Translations under genes and position numbers: made by a program
The notes under the pieces: generated by a model
Database searches by the model: none
Seen by the model: the letters and a program-made list of their open reading frames with translations, nothing else
What the model was told of the DNA's origin: nothing
NCBI RefSeq assembly: GCF_003918875.1
Contig: NW_025767446.1
Coordinates: 310,001-374,000 of the forward strand
Length of the DNA: 64,000 nucleotides
From: Haliotis rubra
Taxonomy: Eukaryota
Direction: 5' to 3'
Shown: piece by piece, positions 42,105-55,719 of the stretch
Numbering within the stretch: position 1 is the stretch's first letter
How the letters are laid out: each line of letters opens with the position of its first letter

Positions 42105-42185
42105 AAGATTTATGGAAGTCAACTTCTTTATTGTGACTAACACGACGTTTCGGAGCGTATGCTTGCTCCTTCACCTGATGAAATG
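42105..42185 (-). ncRNA. Penelope-type minimal hammerhead ribozyme relic with disrupted core
   Basis: Minus strand shows stem II GGAGC-aagcatac-GCTCC, then GAAACGTC, then gtg and AATAAA. The CTGATGA box lies on the opposite strand (42175-42181). Confidence 0.6.
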
Positions 42186-43859
42186 CCCTTCAAAGATTTA
42201 ATTACGAATACATATTCTATGAAATGTACAATTCAATTCTGACATAGTTAAGTAATTACTTTTTCAGTATCACTATAAAGTCACAATTCATTTTACACAT
42301 ATTACATTATTTTAAGCAAGTACACGGAAGTAGGAAGAACTTGTAATTAAACTCTTATCTGTCCATGATACTAGCTATTGTAACTTGATGGTATTTATAC
42401 ACCATGTAAGACATGTATGTACTGAATGACACTGACTGAGTGAACACATTAATCAGTATCATTATAATCTCAGTGAGTAAACTCAAATTGAAATCATATT
42501 CCACAACATAGTTCAGAATTTCACATAACCCAGTGACTTAATCCCTTATAACAACACCGGCACAACATCAAGGAGACTATACTGTAACAACAAAATTCTA
42601 CTTCCCGGGAATACTAGTACCCCATCGTGGCCTAGTGTAAACGCAGCATTACATTAACACTAGCTTTTGACAAATCCGCTGTGCAAGATAAAAGTAATCA
42701 ATCAATAAGCGTATTATCGGTTAATCCTTTTGATCGATGTTTGTTTTTATAATTCAGGTGATAATTCCTCTTCCTGCACTTCCATGGGCATATTACATAA
42801 CATGTAATACATTTGTCGCATCAGACCTTAATTTATAATGTTGAGTATTTACTGCAGACACAGATGGGAACATTTGTCGGGTAATCTAAGTGGTGTTACC
42901 CCTAATGATATCTGTTATAAATTCATATATATAACTGACCATTAAGTGAATGATGACAAAGAACATGTGTATGTTTTATACCACCAAACACGAGTTACAG
43001 CCAGGGAGTAGTAGTCGTTGTATTAAACTTATGGCCGACAATGTTTTGAGGATACGAACGGAACTTCTTTGTTGCATAAGAAATACATATAAGCATTTGC
43101 TGGTCACATGCAACGCAAAACACAACTTTGCAGATTCTGATACCTTTCGGTATGGACTTACAGAAAATGCAATGCATCAAAAATGCAAATTCAACTTATA
43201 AAGTTGAAAAATAACGCGATGAAAAAAACCCAACCGATTCACTAATTTCACCACAGCGCTGGGGTGAAAAGTGGTTTCAACAGCTATGCTGCGCTGCGCT
43301 CATAACGCATGCGCAGTGAATAGGTTCGCATGCCCGGAATCTATTAGTTACATAAACAAACAACATATAAAAACCATGTTGATTGTGATAAGCAGCCTCT
43401 GTCACAGACAAAACTCAATGTATGTTATGTCTGCCTGTCTGCCTGCCTGTCTGCTAATAACAATATGCAATACACAACTTCAATCATTGACCACATGCAA
43501 TTTGAACTTATCGGGCTTATATGCCATAAACAAAGAGCCGGCTGAGCGTATGGGCAAACGAACCAGCCAATGAAAGACTTCGTTAGACTTGAGTGCATCC
43601 TCAAGGGGGGTTAAAGGGTTATGGCCCGGGAAAGCGAAATCTGGACCAAACCTCCTCATTTAGGTGTCGCTTTCACGGGAACTGTCAAGTTACAGTGAAC
43701 ACTGAATTTAGCGTTCCCGGGACTCTCAATACACAAGAAAAACAAAGAAATGTGAATCGTCGTCTGATACCATAGTCATGGTAGAAATTTAATAAATAAA
43801 TAAATAAAGACGTTTAACATTAGCAAGCCATGGTAAAGCATACATATTATTTTCAAGCT

Positions 43860-44195
43860 TGTGTGATAAAACATGGTGAATTATGACTGACATTTTATTT
43901 TGATGTACATTAGTAGCAAGTTTAAACCAAACTGAAATCATTCACTTTTTAATATATACAGAGATAGGAATTCGTCCAGTCTCTTCGTAGAGCATTTAGA
44001 ATGATGTACTCTTGCATAGTTTCAGGACAGATTTCATGAATAACCTGTGAACATTTTCTAAAATGTCTATATTTGAATGTCCCCACACCTCACAACCATA
44101 TAACATGATTGGTAGGATCATGCAGTCAAAACATCTAAACAAACAATCGAGAGGAATCTGGTGATTTGTAGCCTTTGAGGGGATAATAAACACGT
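43860..44195 (-). mobile_element. CR1/L2-group LINE ORF2 fragment
   Basis: Reads FDCMILPIMLYGCEVWGHSNIDILENVHRLFMKSVL...YEETGRIPI. Confidence 0.8.
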
Positions 44196-45923
44196 CCTTT
44201 TATGCTTTACGTCACATCGGCATTATGCCAGCCATTTAGTGACGAAATCAAGTCTGCATTCAAAAACATTTTAAGTACAAAATCCAAATGAGTTTTACTT
44301 TAAAAACATGTTTATTCATGACATTGTTATTTAAAAACAGAAAATGTCATAGCACTTAATTTAAGGCACTCAATTCGTTATTCGCATTACATAGTTACAA
44401 TTTATGATACAGATCAATTTCCCTAAGGCAGTTCACAATGATATGCCCGCTCACGCGGGAAAACGGATATCGGTGGTACATGAGTATATACAATATATAC
44501 AACAAGATGACTAAATCATACAGCAATTAAAGTCTTTACAAACAATCTTAAAATGAACTTGGAGACATCTTAAGAGTAGATATTTTGATGAAAAAGGTTG
44601 ACGAAACTTTGACAAATTCGGCCATGTAAGGTTCGTTTAACAATGACACTAATTCGTTACATGAATGAATAAAACTATAGATAAGTTGGGTCTGAAACTT
44701 GAAACAAAGTACTTCATCTCAGTTAAGCGGTTCACAGAAGGAGTATTGGGGTCGCGCGCTAATATGAAGTACGGTAATCCGATGGGTTAAGTCCCACACA
44801 GCCTACATCCCAAACTGCCAACAAAAATCTTGTAGGCACCGTGGGAAAACATGTTTTGCCCTGTAGAATAATGGAACAGCCCAATTATCAATGAAGAAGG
44901 GGTGCTTCGTTTGGAGTAAGGGATAATTAGGGGGATTATATTAGTATATATCTGTGCATCTACTTCTGTGTATAGTATGTTTTGAGTCTTCTCATCCAAT
45001 AAAGACTACAAGACAATTACAATGATATTGTTTAATTTTGTTTTGTGAAGATGTTAACATGCTTATATTGTAATCTCCAAAGCAGGATTTGGATTAAGTT
45101 GGGTAGGCTTGTATTAACTATGTTGTTACGGGCTTTGTCTGTCTTTGCCAGATTATGTCTAAAAACATGGTAAGGACTTAATTGTTGAGAAGATCTCGCC
45201 TTCTCAGTTAATTAAACTCCTAATAAATTAGAGTAAAACCACTGAAAGACAGTAAAACTTATCAGTTTTTCATGATAAATCCATGTCACCATGTTAAGAC
45301 TGAGAATTCTCAGAATGAATAAAGATGTCCTACCAACCAACACTTGTAATTTTTTTAAACTTCTGTAGGCAGAGTGGGAAGACACCATAGAATAGGTCAG
45401 TTCATTAACCAGCTAACTAGTCAAGTTCATTTTAGCAGGGGTAGAACAGGTCAGATCGGTGTATTCACTTCCTGATCACTGGACCGTATCATGTTGTTTT
45501 AACCTGTAGGCAGTTTGGAACTGTAGGCAGTATGGGAATACACCATTCGATGTTGTCATAGCAATTCCCTTTGGCGGCACTTCTAGCACAATTTTGGTTT
45601 TCGCATTACCAGGAATAGGGAATATTGAAATTTCGCTTTCCCGGGCCGACACGGGTTAAAGTATTGTAAAATGATTGTCCTCCTGAGAGGGTACGTAAGT
45701 CCCAAAACATTCAAATTAAATTTAAACTCTCCACTTTTTTAATCGTAGAATATGTGTATTTTAATGTATGGCTAGATGTGGGTACATTGCTAACAACTGA
45801 AGGGATGATGTAAATCCAGCTAGGGAAGCAAATGTATTGTAAGTCCCAATATGGTCCCTAGTATGGTGACCTACCTTCAGTTGTTGGCAATCTATAGCCT
45901 GTTTTTATATTGTGTTGTCATGT

Positions 45924-48900
45924 TGCGACATTTGACAAATCTTGCAATCTCGGGTTCTCGCGCTTTTGTGCCAATTGCCCATACAGGTCTATGTAACGAT
46001 TTTCAAAAACACAAAAACGCAAGAATGTGAGATTGTGACATTTCACAAATCTTGCACTTTTGTGCCAATTGTCCATACAGGTCTATGTAACGATTTTCAA
46101 AAACACAAAAACGCAAGAATGTGAGATTGCGACATTTCACAAATCTTGCACTTTTGTGCCAATTGCCCATACAGGTCTATGTAACGATTTTCAAAAACAC
46201 AAGAACGCAAGAACTTGAGATTGCGACATTTGACAAATCTTCCAATCTCATGTTCTCGCACTTTTGTGCCAATTGCCCATACAGGTCTATGTAACGATTT
46301 TCAAAAACACAAGAACGCAAGAACGCGAGATTGCGACATTTGACAAATCTCGCAATCTTGTGTTCTCGCGCTCTTGTGCCAATTGCCCATACAGGTTTAT
46401 GTAACAATTTTCAAAAATAAAAGAACGCAAGAACGCGAGATTGCGACATTTGACAAATATCGCAATCTCGCGCTTTTGTGCCAATTGCCCATACAGGTCT
46501 ATGTAACGATTTTCAAAAACACAAAAACGCAAGAATGTGAGATTGCGACATTTCACAAATCTTGCACTTTTGTGCCAATTGCCCATACAGGTCTATGTAA
46601 CGATTTTCAAAAACACAAAAACGCAAGAATGTGAGATTGCGACATTTCACAAATCTTGCACTTTTGTGCCAATTGCCCATACAGGTCTATGTAACGATTT
46701 TCAAAAACACAAGAACGCGAGAACGCGAGATTGCGACATTTGACAAATCTTGCAATCTCGAGTCTCGCGCTTTTGTGCCAATTACCCATACAGGTCTATT
46801 TAACGATTTTCAAAAACACAAGAACGCGAGAACGCGAGATTGCGACATTGGACAAATCTTGCAATCTCGCGCTTTTGTGCCAGTTACCCATACAGGTCTA
46901 TGTAACGATTTTCAAAAACACAAGAACGCGAGAACGCGAAATTACGACATTTGACAAATATCGCATTCTCGCGCTTTTGTGCCAATTGCCTATACAGCTC
47001 TATGTAACGATTTTCAAAAATATAAGAACGCAAGAACGCGAGATTGCGACATTTGACAAATCTCGCAATCTCGCACTTTTGTGCCAATTGCCCATACAGG
47101 TCTATGTAACGATTTTCAAAAACAAAAGAACGCGAGATTGCGACATTTGACAAATCTTGCGTTCTCGCGCTTTGATGCCAATTACCCATACAGTTCTATT
47201 TAAGGATTTTCAAAAACACAAGAACGCGAGAACGCGAGATTGCGACATTTGACAAATCTCGCGATCTCGCGTTCTCGTGCTTTTGTGCTAATTGCCCATA
47301 CAGTGTTTTTCTGTTTGTTTTTCTTTTGTTTTTTATTGTTTTTTTATTGTTCCCAATGTGATGAGTACAAGCATATAGAGGAATATGTGCACATACAAGC
47401 TAGTGGGCTCAAAAGCGATATAGTGCACTAAGTACATTGAATATCAATGTTAGTGATATGTTTTTTGTTTAATAGTCATTCAGGGTTAAATTCAGGGATG
47501 AGAGGAAACCATTTGACTCAAAAGCTTTCAACATTATTATTTCTTCTGGAGATGAATGATTCAGTGGTACATATGTCTTTCAATATCCTTAAGTAATTAT
47601 CAACTTTTGGAATTGTTTTTGTCAAAGAGCAAGTGTAAATATATCTCTTAGCAGATAAGATTATGTGGTTCAATAATGGGTTCTTACCTACAAACCCAAC
47701 CAAATCAAAGATTTTGTCAAATTAAGTGTTTGGATACGTTTCGTAATCCACTGTTCAAGTTTCTTCCAGAAAGTTTTGGTTTCATCACATTCCCAATATA
47801 CATGGCATAAGGTTTCAACAGAATCATTACACAAAGAACATATTGTATTGTCCACCAGATTCATTCTAAAAAGTTCTTTTTTGGTATAAACAATTCCGTG
47901 CAGTTTCACATCTCTTAAAATATATATTGAAAATCTAACAGTTTCACATCTCTTAAATTCTTTCTACAAGTATGAAAAATCAAATGCTAATCAAAATCAA
48001 TACAGTCAAATAATGTTTCCCATGTTTGGCACATTTGAGGTTTAACATTTTCAGATAACAATTTATCATAGAATAATCTTGAACCTTTTCTTGGGGATAT
48101 GAAATCCTTTTGGAGTGAATTTATTGTGAGGTCATTAATGTTTATATATCTATATTCCTTTAAAGTCTTTTTCCAAGGTTCAGGTAAAATATATATAACA
48201 TATCCAAGATCTAAGTGAGTACCTTTTATATCGAATTTAAGCTTCAATTGATCAAAGGATATAAACCCATGTTCATCACAAAGAGCTTTGATCGTCAAGA
48301 TTCCACTTTTAGACCAGTGACTAATGATGTGATTTGAGTTTTTGAAATTGTTATTCAACCATAAAGGTTGGGCTAAGATTTCATTAAGATTTCATTAAGA
48401 ACGCGAGATTGCGACATTTGAGAAATCTCGCAATCTCGCGTTCTCGCGCTTTTGTGCCAATTGCCCATACAGGTCTATGTAACGATTTTCAAAAACACAA
48501 GAACGCGAGAACGCGAGATTGCGACATTTGACAAATCTTGCAATCTCGCGTTCTTGGACTTTTGTGCCAATTGCCCATACAGGTCTATGTAACGATTTTC
48601 AAAAACAAAAGAACGCAAGAACGTGAGATTCCGACATTTGACAAATCTCGCAATCTCACGCTTTTGTGCCAATTGCCCATACAGGTCTATGTAACGATTT
48701 TCAAATACACAAGAATGCAAGAACGCGAGATTGTGACATTTGACAAATCTTGCAATCTCGGGTTTTCGCGCTTTTGTGCCAATTTCCCATACAGGTCTAT
48801 GTAACGATTTTCAAAAACACAAGAACGCAAGAATGTGAGATTGCGACATTTGACAAATCTCGCAATCTCACGCTTTTCTGCCAATTGCCCATACAGGTCT

Positions 48901-49888
48901 ATGTACCGATTTTCAAAAACACAAGAATGCAAGAACGCAAGATTGCGACTTTTGACAAATCTTGCGCTTTTGTGCCAATTGCCCATACAGGTCTATGTAA
49001 CGATTTTCAAAAACACAAGAACGCGAGATTGCGACATTTGACAAATGTCGCAATATCGCGTTCTCACGTTCTTGTGTTTTTGAAAATCGTTACATAGCCC
49101 TGTATGGGCAATTGGCACATGAATATGAGATCCTTTTGGAGTGAATTTATTGTGAGGTCATTAATGTTTATATATCTATATTCCTTTAAAGTCTTTTTCC
49201 AAGGTTCAGGTAAAATATATATAACATATCCAAGATCTAAGTGAGTACCTTTTATATCGAATTTAAGCTTCAATTGATCAAAGGATATAAACCCATGTTC
49301 ATCACAAAGAGCTTTGATCGTCAAGATTCCACTTTTAGACCAGTGACTAATGATGTGATTTGAGTTTTTGAAATTGTTATTCAACCATAAAGGTTGGGCT
49401 AAAATTTCATTAAGATTTCATTAAGAACGCGAGATTGCGACATTTGAAATCTCGCAATCTCGCGTTCTCGCACGTAATCTTGCGTTCTCGCGACATTTGA
49501 CAAATCTCGTAATCTTGCGTTCTCGCGCTTTTGTGCCAATTGCCCATACAGGTCTATGTAACGATTTTCAAAAACGCAAGAACGCGAGATTGCGACTTTT
49601 GACAAATCTTGCAATCTTGCGTTCCTGGACTTTTGTGCCAATTGCCCATACAGGTCTATGTAACGATTTTCAAAAACACAAGAACGCAAGAATGTGAGAT
49701 TGCGACATTTGACAAATCTCGCAATCTCACGCTTTTCTGCCAATTGCCCATACAGGTCTATGTACCGATTTTCAAAAAAAAGAACGCAAGAACGCGAGAT
49801 TGCGACATTTGACAAATCTTGCAATCTCACGCTTTTCTGCCAATTGCCCATACAGGTCTATGTAACAATTTTCAAAAACACAAGAACA
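45924..49888. repeat. Hairpin-forming satellite (94/102/110-bp units) interrupted by LINE fragments
   Basis: The anchor caggtctatgtaacg (allowing single mismatches) occurs at 45984, 46078, 46172, 46282, 46392, 46494, 46588 and 46682. Each unit carries inverted arms around atttgacaaat. Confidence 0.97.
47305..48390 (-). mobile_element. L1/Tx1-clade LINE 3' fragment inserted in the satellite; part duplicated at ~49122-49420
   Basis: Reads HWSKSGILTIKALCD, CSLCNDSVETLCHVYWEC and LNHIILSAKRYIY, with an A-rich tail at 47305-47350. Confidence 0.9.
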
Positions 49889-50749
49889 AGGAGGCGGGAA
49901 GGATATTAATTTACATTTAATTTTTTTCTAATCAAACTTTTTAAGGCACCTGTGTACATTTACTGTAGAAGGATTCGATTCACATGCATCATGCATGTTC
50001 AGTAGGGCTACGTTTGTGTAGCATTTCATCAAGTAAAGAAAGTAGGAATGTAACAGGGATGAATTAAGTGTTTGTATATTGTGTACGTAAATGAATAACT
50101 AATTATCAGTGAGTGAGTGATTGAGTCTAGTTTATATGGCGGCGGTATGTAAATAATCGAGTCTGGACCAGACAATCCAGTGATCAACATCATGAGCATC
50201 GATCTGCGCGATTGGGAACCGATGATATGTGTAAACCAAGTCAGCGAGCCTGACCACCCGATCCCTTTAGTAGCCTCTTACGACAAACATGAGTTCCTGA
50301 AGATACATTCTAACACGGACCTTCACGGGTGTCTTTGTGTTTCATGTACAGTTCTGTGTGGCAGTTTGGTCAGAATCAAAGGTTAGTTATTATACATTAT
50401 GATTTTACATACATAGTAAATTAAACCCTAATATTAATCATTATACAAAATAGGTATAAATATGCCCATGATAACAAAATAAAAGTCAATACACGATATA
50501 CCATTTAACGTGTATGAATGTGCTTATGGTTGTTTTCTATATGTCCAGTCAATATGCTGGCTAGTAGTTCTTGTTTGGTAACTATTTTCTGTATCATGTA
50601 AGATTGATATATCTCATCTATCATGTATATTGTATGTACTGACAAAGATTACATTTGATCAGTGTGTGGTGCTTATATGGGATTATTGCATGCGTTGACT
50701 GTGCGGCTGCTGGATGTACAGACACACTCTCGTGTCACACACAGGATAG

Positions 50750-53700
50750 GTTTATTGGCAGTTGTCCTCCCTCCGAAAGGATACTTGGTCCACTTCTGCC
50801 TTTGGGGTATCGTCTGGGGTATCCCTTGCCCTGCCTCTAAGGGACTTCAAGGTTCAAATCAGCCAGTAGGTCGTTTTCTTAGTGGTCACTTGGCTCGACA
50901 TGTTGGCAGTTATCCAGCTCAAAGAACAACACTTCGTCCACTTCTCCTTCTGGGATATCTTCCCGTCAGTCGTCCTGCCTCCGAAGGGCTTCAAGCTCCA
51001 TTTCTGCCCCTAAGGACGTATTCTTGGCAGGTCCTTGAATCCAGATGTCTTCTTGGCAGTCGCCCTGCCACTGAGGGACTTCAAGGTCCTTTTCTGTCTC
51101 CAGGAAGTCTTCTTAGTAGCTGCTTGTCTAAAGATGTCTTCTTGGCAGTCGGCAAGCCTCTGAGGGATTTCAAGGTCCACTTCTTCCCCCAGGACGTCTT
51201 CACAGTAATAAAATGCCACTCTATTTACGAGATCTCTTCTTGGCACTCCACAAGCCTCCAGAAGAGTACTTGGTGAAATTCTGGCTATGGGATATCTCTT
51301 TCTAAAATCGTCCACCCTCTGAAAATGCCACTATGTTTACGAGCTGTATTCTTCGCAGTCGGCAAGCCTCCAGAAGAGTACTTGATCCACTTCTTCCTAT
51401 GGGATATGTTCTTGGCAGTCGTCCTGCCTCTGAGGGATTTCAAGGTCCTTTTCTGTCTCCAGGATGTCTTCATAATAGCTGCTTTTCTCAATATGTCCTC
51501 TTGGCAGTCAGCAAACCTCCAGAAGAGTACTTCGTCCACTTCTGCCTATGGTATATCATCTTAGCAGTCCTGATGCATTTAAGGTATTTCAAGGTCCACT
51601 TCTGCCCCCAGAACGTCTCAGTAATAAAATGCAACTATGTTTACGAACTGTATTCTTGGCAGTCGGCAAGCCTCCAGAAGAGTACTTGATCCACATGTGC
51701 CTATGGGATATTTTCCTGGCAGTCTTTATGCATTTAAGGTATTTCAAGGTCCACTCCTAGCCCCAGGACGTATTCTCAGTAATAAAATGCCACTCTGTTG
51801 ACGAGATCTCTTCTTGGCAGTAGACAAGCCTCCAGAAGAGTACTTGGTCCACTTCTGCCTATGGGATATCTTCTTGGCAGTCATGCTGCCTCTGCGGTAT
51901 TTCAAGAGTACACTTCTGCCCTCAGGACGTCTTCTTAGTAGCTGCTTGTCTCCACATGTCTTCTTGGCAGTTCGCAAGCCCCCAGATGAGTACTTGCTCA
52001 ATTTTCACCTATAGGATTTCTTCTTGGCAGTCGTCCTGCCTCTGAGGTATTTCAAGGTCCACTTCTGTCCCCAGGAGGTCTTCTTGGTAGTAAAATGCCA
52101 CTATGTTTACGAGCTGTATTCTTGGCAGTCGGCAAGCATCCAAAAGAGTACTTGCTCTATTTTTAAAAATAACGAATGTTCTTGGCAGTCGTCCTGCCTC
52201 TGCTGTATTTCAAGGTCCACTTCTGCGCTCAGGACGTCTTCTTAGTAGCTGCTTGTCTCCAGATGTCTTCTTGGCAGTCGGCAAGCCTCCAGAAGAGTAC
52301 TTCGTCCACTTCTGCCTACGTGATATCTTCTTTGCAGTTCTTATGCATTTAAGGTATTTCAAGGTCCACTTCTGCCAACAGGACGTATTCTCAGTAATAA
52401 AATGCCACTCTGTTGACAAAATCTCTTCTTGGCAGTCGGCGAGCCTCCACAAGAGTACTCGGTCCACTCCTGCCTATGGGATATCTTCTTGGCAGTCATC
52501 CTGCCTCTGAAGGACTTCAAGATCCTTTTCCGTTTCCAGGATGTCTTCTTAGTAGCTGCTTGTCTCCAGATCTCTTCTTGGCAGTCGACGAGTCTCCAGA
52601 AGAGTACTTGGTCCACTTCTGACTATGGGATATCTTTTTGGAGTTGCCCTTCATCTGCGGTATTTCAAGGTCCACTTCTGCCCTCAGGACGTCTTCTTAG
52701 TAGCTGCTTGTCTCCAGATGTCTTCTTGGCAGTTGGGAGGCCTCCAAAAGAGTACTTGCTCCATTATCACCTATGGGATATCTTCTTGGCAGTCGCCCTG
52801 CCTCCGAGGTATTTCAAGGTCCACTTCTGTCCACTTGACGTGTTCTTGGTAGTAAAATGCCACAATGTTTACGAGCTGTATTCTTCGCAGTCGGCAAGCC
52901 TCAAGATACTTGGTCCACTCCTGCCTATGGGACATCTTTCTTGGCAGTCGTCCTGCCTCTGAGGGACTTCAAGGTCCTTTTCTGTTTCCAAGATATCTTC
53001 TCAGTAGCTGCTTGTCTCCAGATGTCTTCTAGGCAGTCGGCAAGCGTTCAGAAGAGAACTTCGTCCACTTCTGCCTAAGGGATATCTTCTTTGCTCTTCT
53101 TATGCATTTAAGGTATTTCAAGGTCCACTTCTGCCCTCAGGACATCTTGTTAGTAGCTGCTTGTCTCCAGATATCTTCTTGCCAGTTCGGAAGCCTCCAG
53201 AAGAGTACTTGGTCCACTTCTGCCAATGGGATATCTTCTTGGCAGTCGGCAAGCCTCCAGAAGAGAACATGGTCCACTTCTGCCTTTGGGATATCTTCTT
53301 GGCTGTCGTCCTGCCTCTGAGGTATTTCAAGGTCCACTTATGCCCTCAGGACGTCTTCTTAGTAGCTGCTTGTCTCCAGATGTCTTCTTGGCAGTCGGCA
53401 AGCCTCCAGAAGAGTGCTTGGTCCACTTCTTCCTATGGGATATCTTCTTTGCAGTTCTTATGCATTTAAGGTATTTCAAGGTCCACTTCTGCCCCCAGGA
53501 CGTCTTCTCAGTCATAAAATGCCACTCTGTTGACGATATCTCTTCTTGGCAGTCGGCAAGCCTCTAGAAGAGTACTTGGTCCACTTCTGCCAATGGGATA
53601 TCTTCTTGCCAGTTCGGAAGCCTCCAGAAGAGTACTTGGTCCACTTCTGCCTATGGGATATCTTTTGGCAGTCGTCCTGCCTCTGAGGTATTAGTAGCTG

Positions 53701-55370
53701 CTTGTCTCCAGACGTCTTCTTGGCAGTCGGCAAGCCTCCAGAAGAGTGCTTGGTCCACTTCTTCCTATGGGATATCTTCTTTGCAGTTCTTATGCATTTA
53801 AGGTATTTCAAGGTCCACTTCTGCCCCCAGGACGTCTTCTCAGTCATAAAATGCCACTCTGTTGACGATATCTCTTCTTGGCAGTCCACAAGCCTCCAGA
53901 AGAGTACTTGGTCCACTTCTGCCAATGGGATATCTTCTTGCCAGTTGAAGCAGTCGTCCACTTCTGCCTCTGGGATATCTTCTTGGGGATCTGCGGTATT
54001 TCAAGGTCCACTTCTGTCCCCAGGATGTCTTCTTAGTAGCTGCTTGTCTCCAGATGTCTTCTAGGCAGTCGGCAAGCTTTCAGAAGAGAACTTCGTCCAC
54101 TTCTGTCTATGGGATATCTTCTTTGCAGTTCTTATGCATTTAAGGTATTTCAAGGTCCACTTCTGGCCCCGGGACGTCTTTTCAGTAATAAAATGCCACT
54201 CTGTTGACGAGATCTCTTCTTGGCAGTCCACGAACCTCCAGAAGAGTACTTGGTCCACTTCTGCCAACTGGATATCTTCTTGGCAGTCGTCCTGCCTCTG
54301 AGGTATTTCAAGGTCCACTTCTGTCCACTTCTGTCCACTTGACGTCTTCTTGGTAGTAAAATGCCACTATGTTTACGAGTTGTTCTCTTGGAAGTCGGCA
54401 AGCCTCCAGAAGAGTATTTCATCCAGATGTGGATATGGGATATCTTCTTGGCAGTTGTCCTGCCTCTGAGGGACTTCAAGGTCCTTTTCTGTCACCAGGA
54501 TGTCTTCTAAGTAGCTGCTTGTCTCCACATGTCTTCTTGGCAGTGGGCAAGGCTCCAGAAGAGTACTTCGGCCACTTGTGCCTATGGGACATCTGTTTTG
54601 CAGTTCGTCCTGCCTCTGAGGTATTAGTAGCTGCTTGTCTCCAGACGTCTTCTTGGCAGTCGGCAAGCCTCCAGAAGAGTACTTGGTCCACTTCTTCCCT
54701 AAGGATAATCTTCTTTCCAGTTCTTATGCATTTAAGGTATTTCAAGGTCCACTTCTTCCTCAAGGAAGTCTTCTCAGTCATAAAATGCCACTCTGTTGAC
54801 GATATCACTTCTTGGCAGTCGGCAAGCCTGCAGAAGAGTACTTCGTCCACTTCTGCCAATGGGATATCTTCTTGGCAGTTGCCTGCCTCTGCGGTATTTC
54901 AAGGTCCACTTATGCCCACAGTACGTCTTTTTAGTAGCTGCTTGTCTCCAGATCTCTTCTTGGCAGTCGACAAGCCTCCAGAAGAGTACTTTGTCCACTT
55001 CTGCCTAAGGGATATCTTCTTTGCAGTTCTTATGCATTTAAGTTATTTCAAGGTCCACTTCTGCCCAGAGGACGTCTTCTTAGTAGTAAAATGCAACTCT
55101 GTTTACGAACTCTATTCCTGGTAGTTTCTGGAACGGTACTATGTTCGCATCTGCCTATGGCATTTCTTCTTGGCAGTCGTCCTGCCTCTGACGCACTGTA
55201 AGTTCCTCTTCTTTCTGCAGGATGTTTTCTCAGTGGCTGGTTGTCTTCAGATGTCTTTCTTGAAGCTTTCAGATGTGTTTTTCCATATCGCCCTTCCTCC
55301 AGAATGGCAGGTGGTCAACTTCTGAATCTTGGGGGACTTCAAGGTAAATTCCTTCCCCCAGGACGATGGT
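50750..55370. repeat. Modular complex repeat of 60-, 29- and ~38-bp modules derived from a 30-bp monomer
   Basis: Modules start cttct(t). Examples: cttcttggcagtcggcaagcctccagaagagtacttggtccacttctgcctatgggatat (60 bp) and cttcttagtagctgcttgtctccagatgt (29 bp). Confidence 0.95.
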
Positions 55371-55719
55371 CCTAATAGTAAAGGTAAAGAATATTTCACA
55401 TCATTGATACTTACTACATGAAAAATTTATACCAAAACTTTATGTTCAATAGTGAAAAAATGCCTTAACATGAAACAAAAGTTGTAAATATTAACAATAC
55501 GTTATAGTAAACAAGGATATTTTATCTTTTAGCCTAAAGATTATTTCAAGAACTTGCCTCCTTGGTCTTCTGTCTGCTGTTTGGCAATGGTACTGCCTCT
55601 AGAAGAGTCCTTCGTCCACGTCTGGCCATGGAATGTCTTCTTGGCAGTCGTCCTGCCTCTGGGGGACTTCAAGGTCCAATTCTGCCCCCAGGACGATGGC
55701 TTCCACGGTCCTAATAGTA

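Noticed and set aside
45924-49888. CRISPR-like array (palindromic repeats with intervening sequence)
   Set aside because: The intervening sequence is the same in every unit, there are no unique spacers or cas genes, and the context is eukaryotic.
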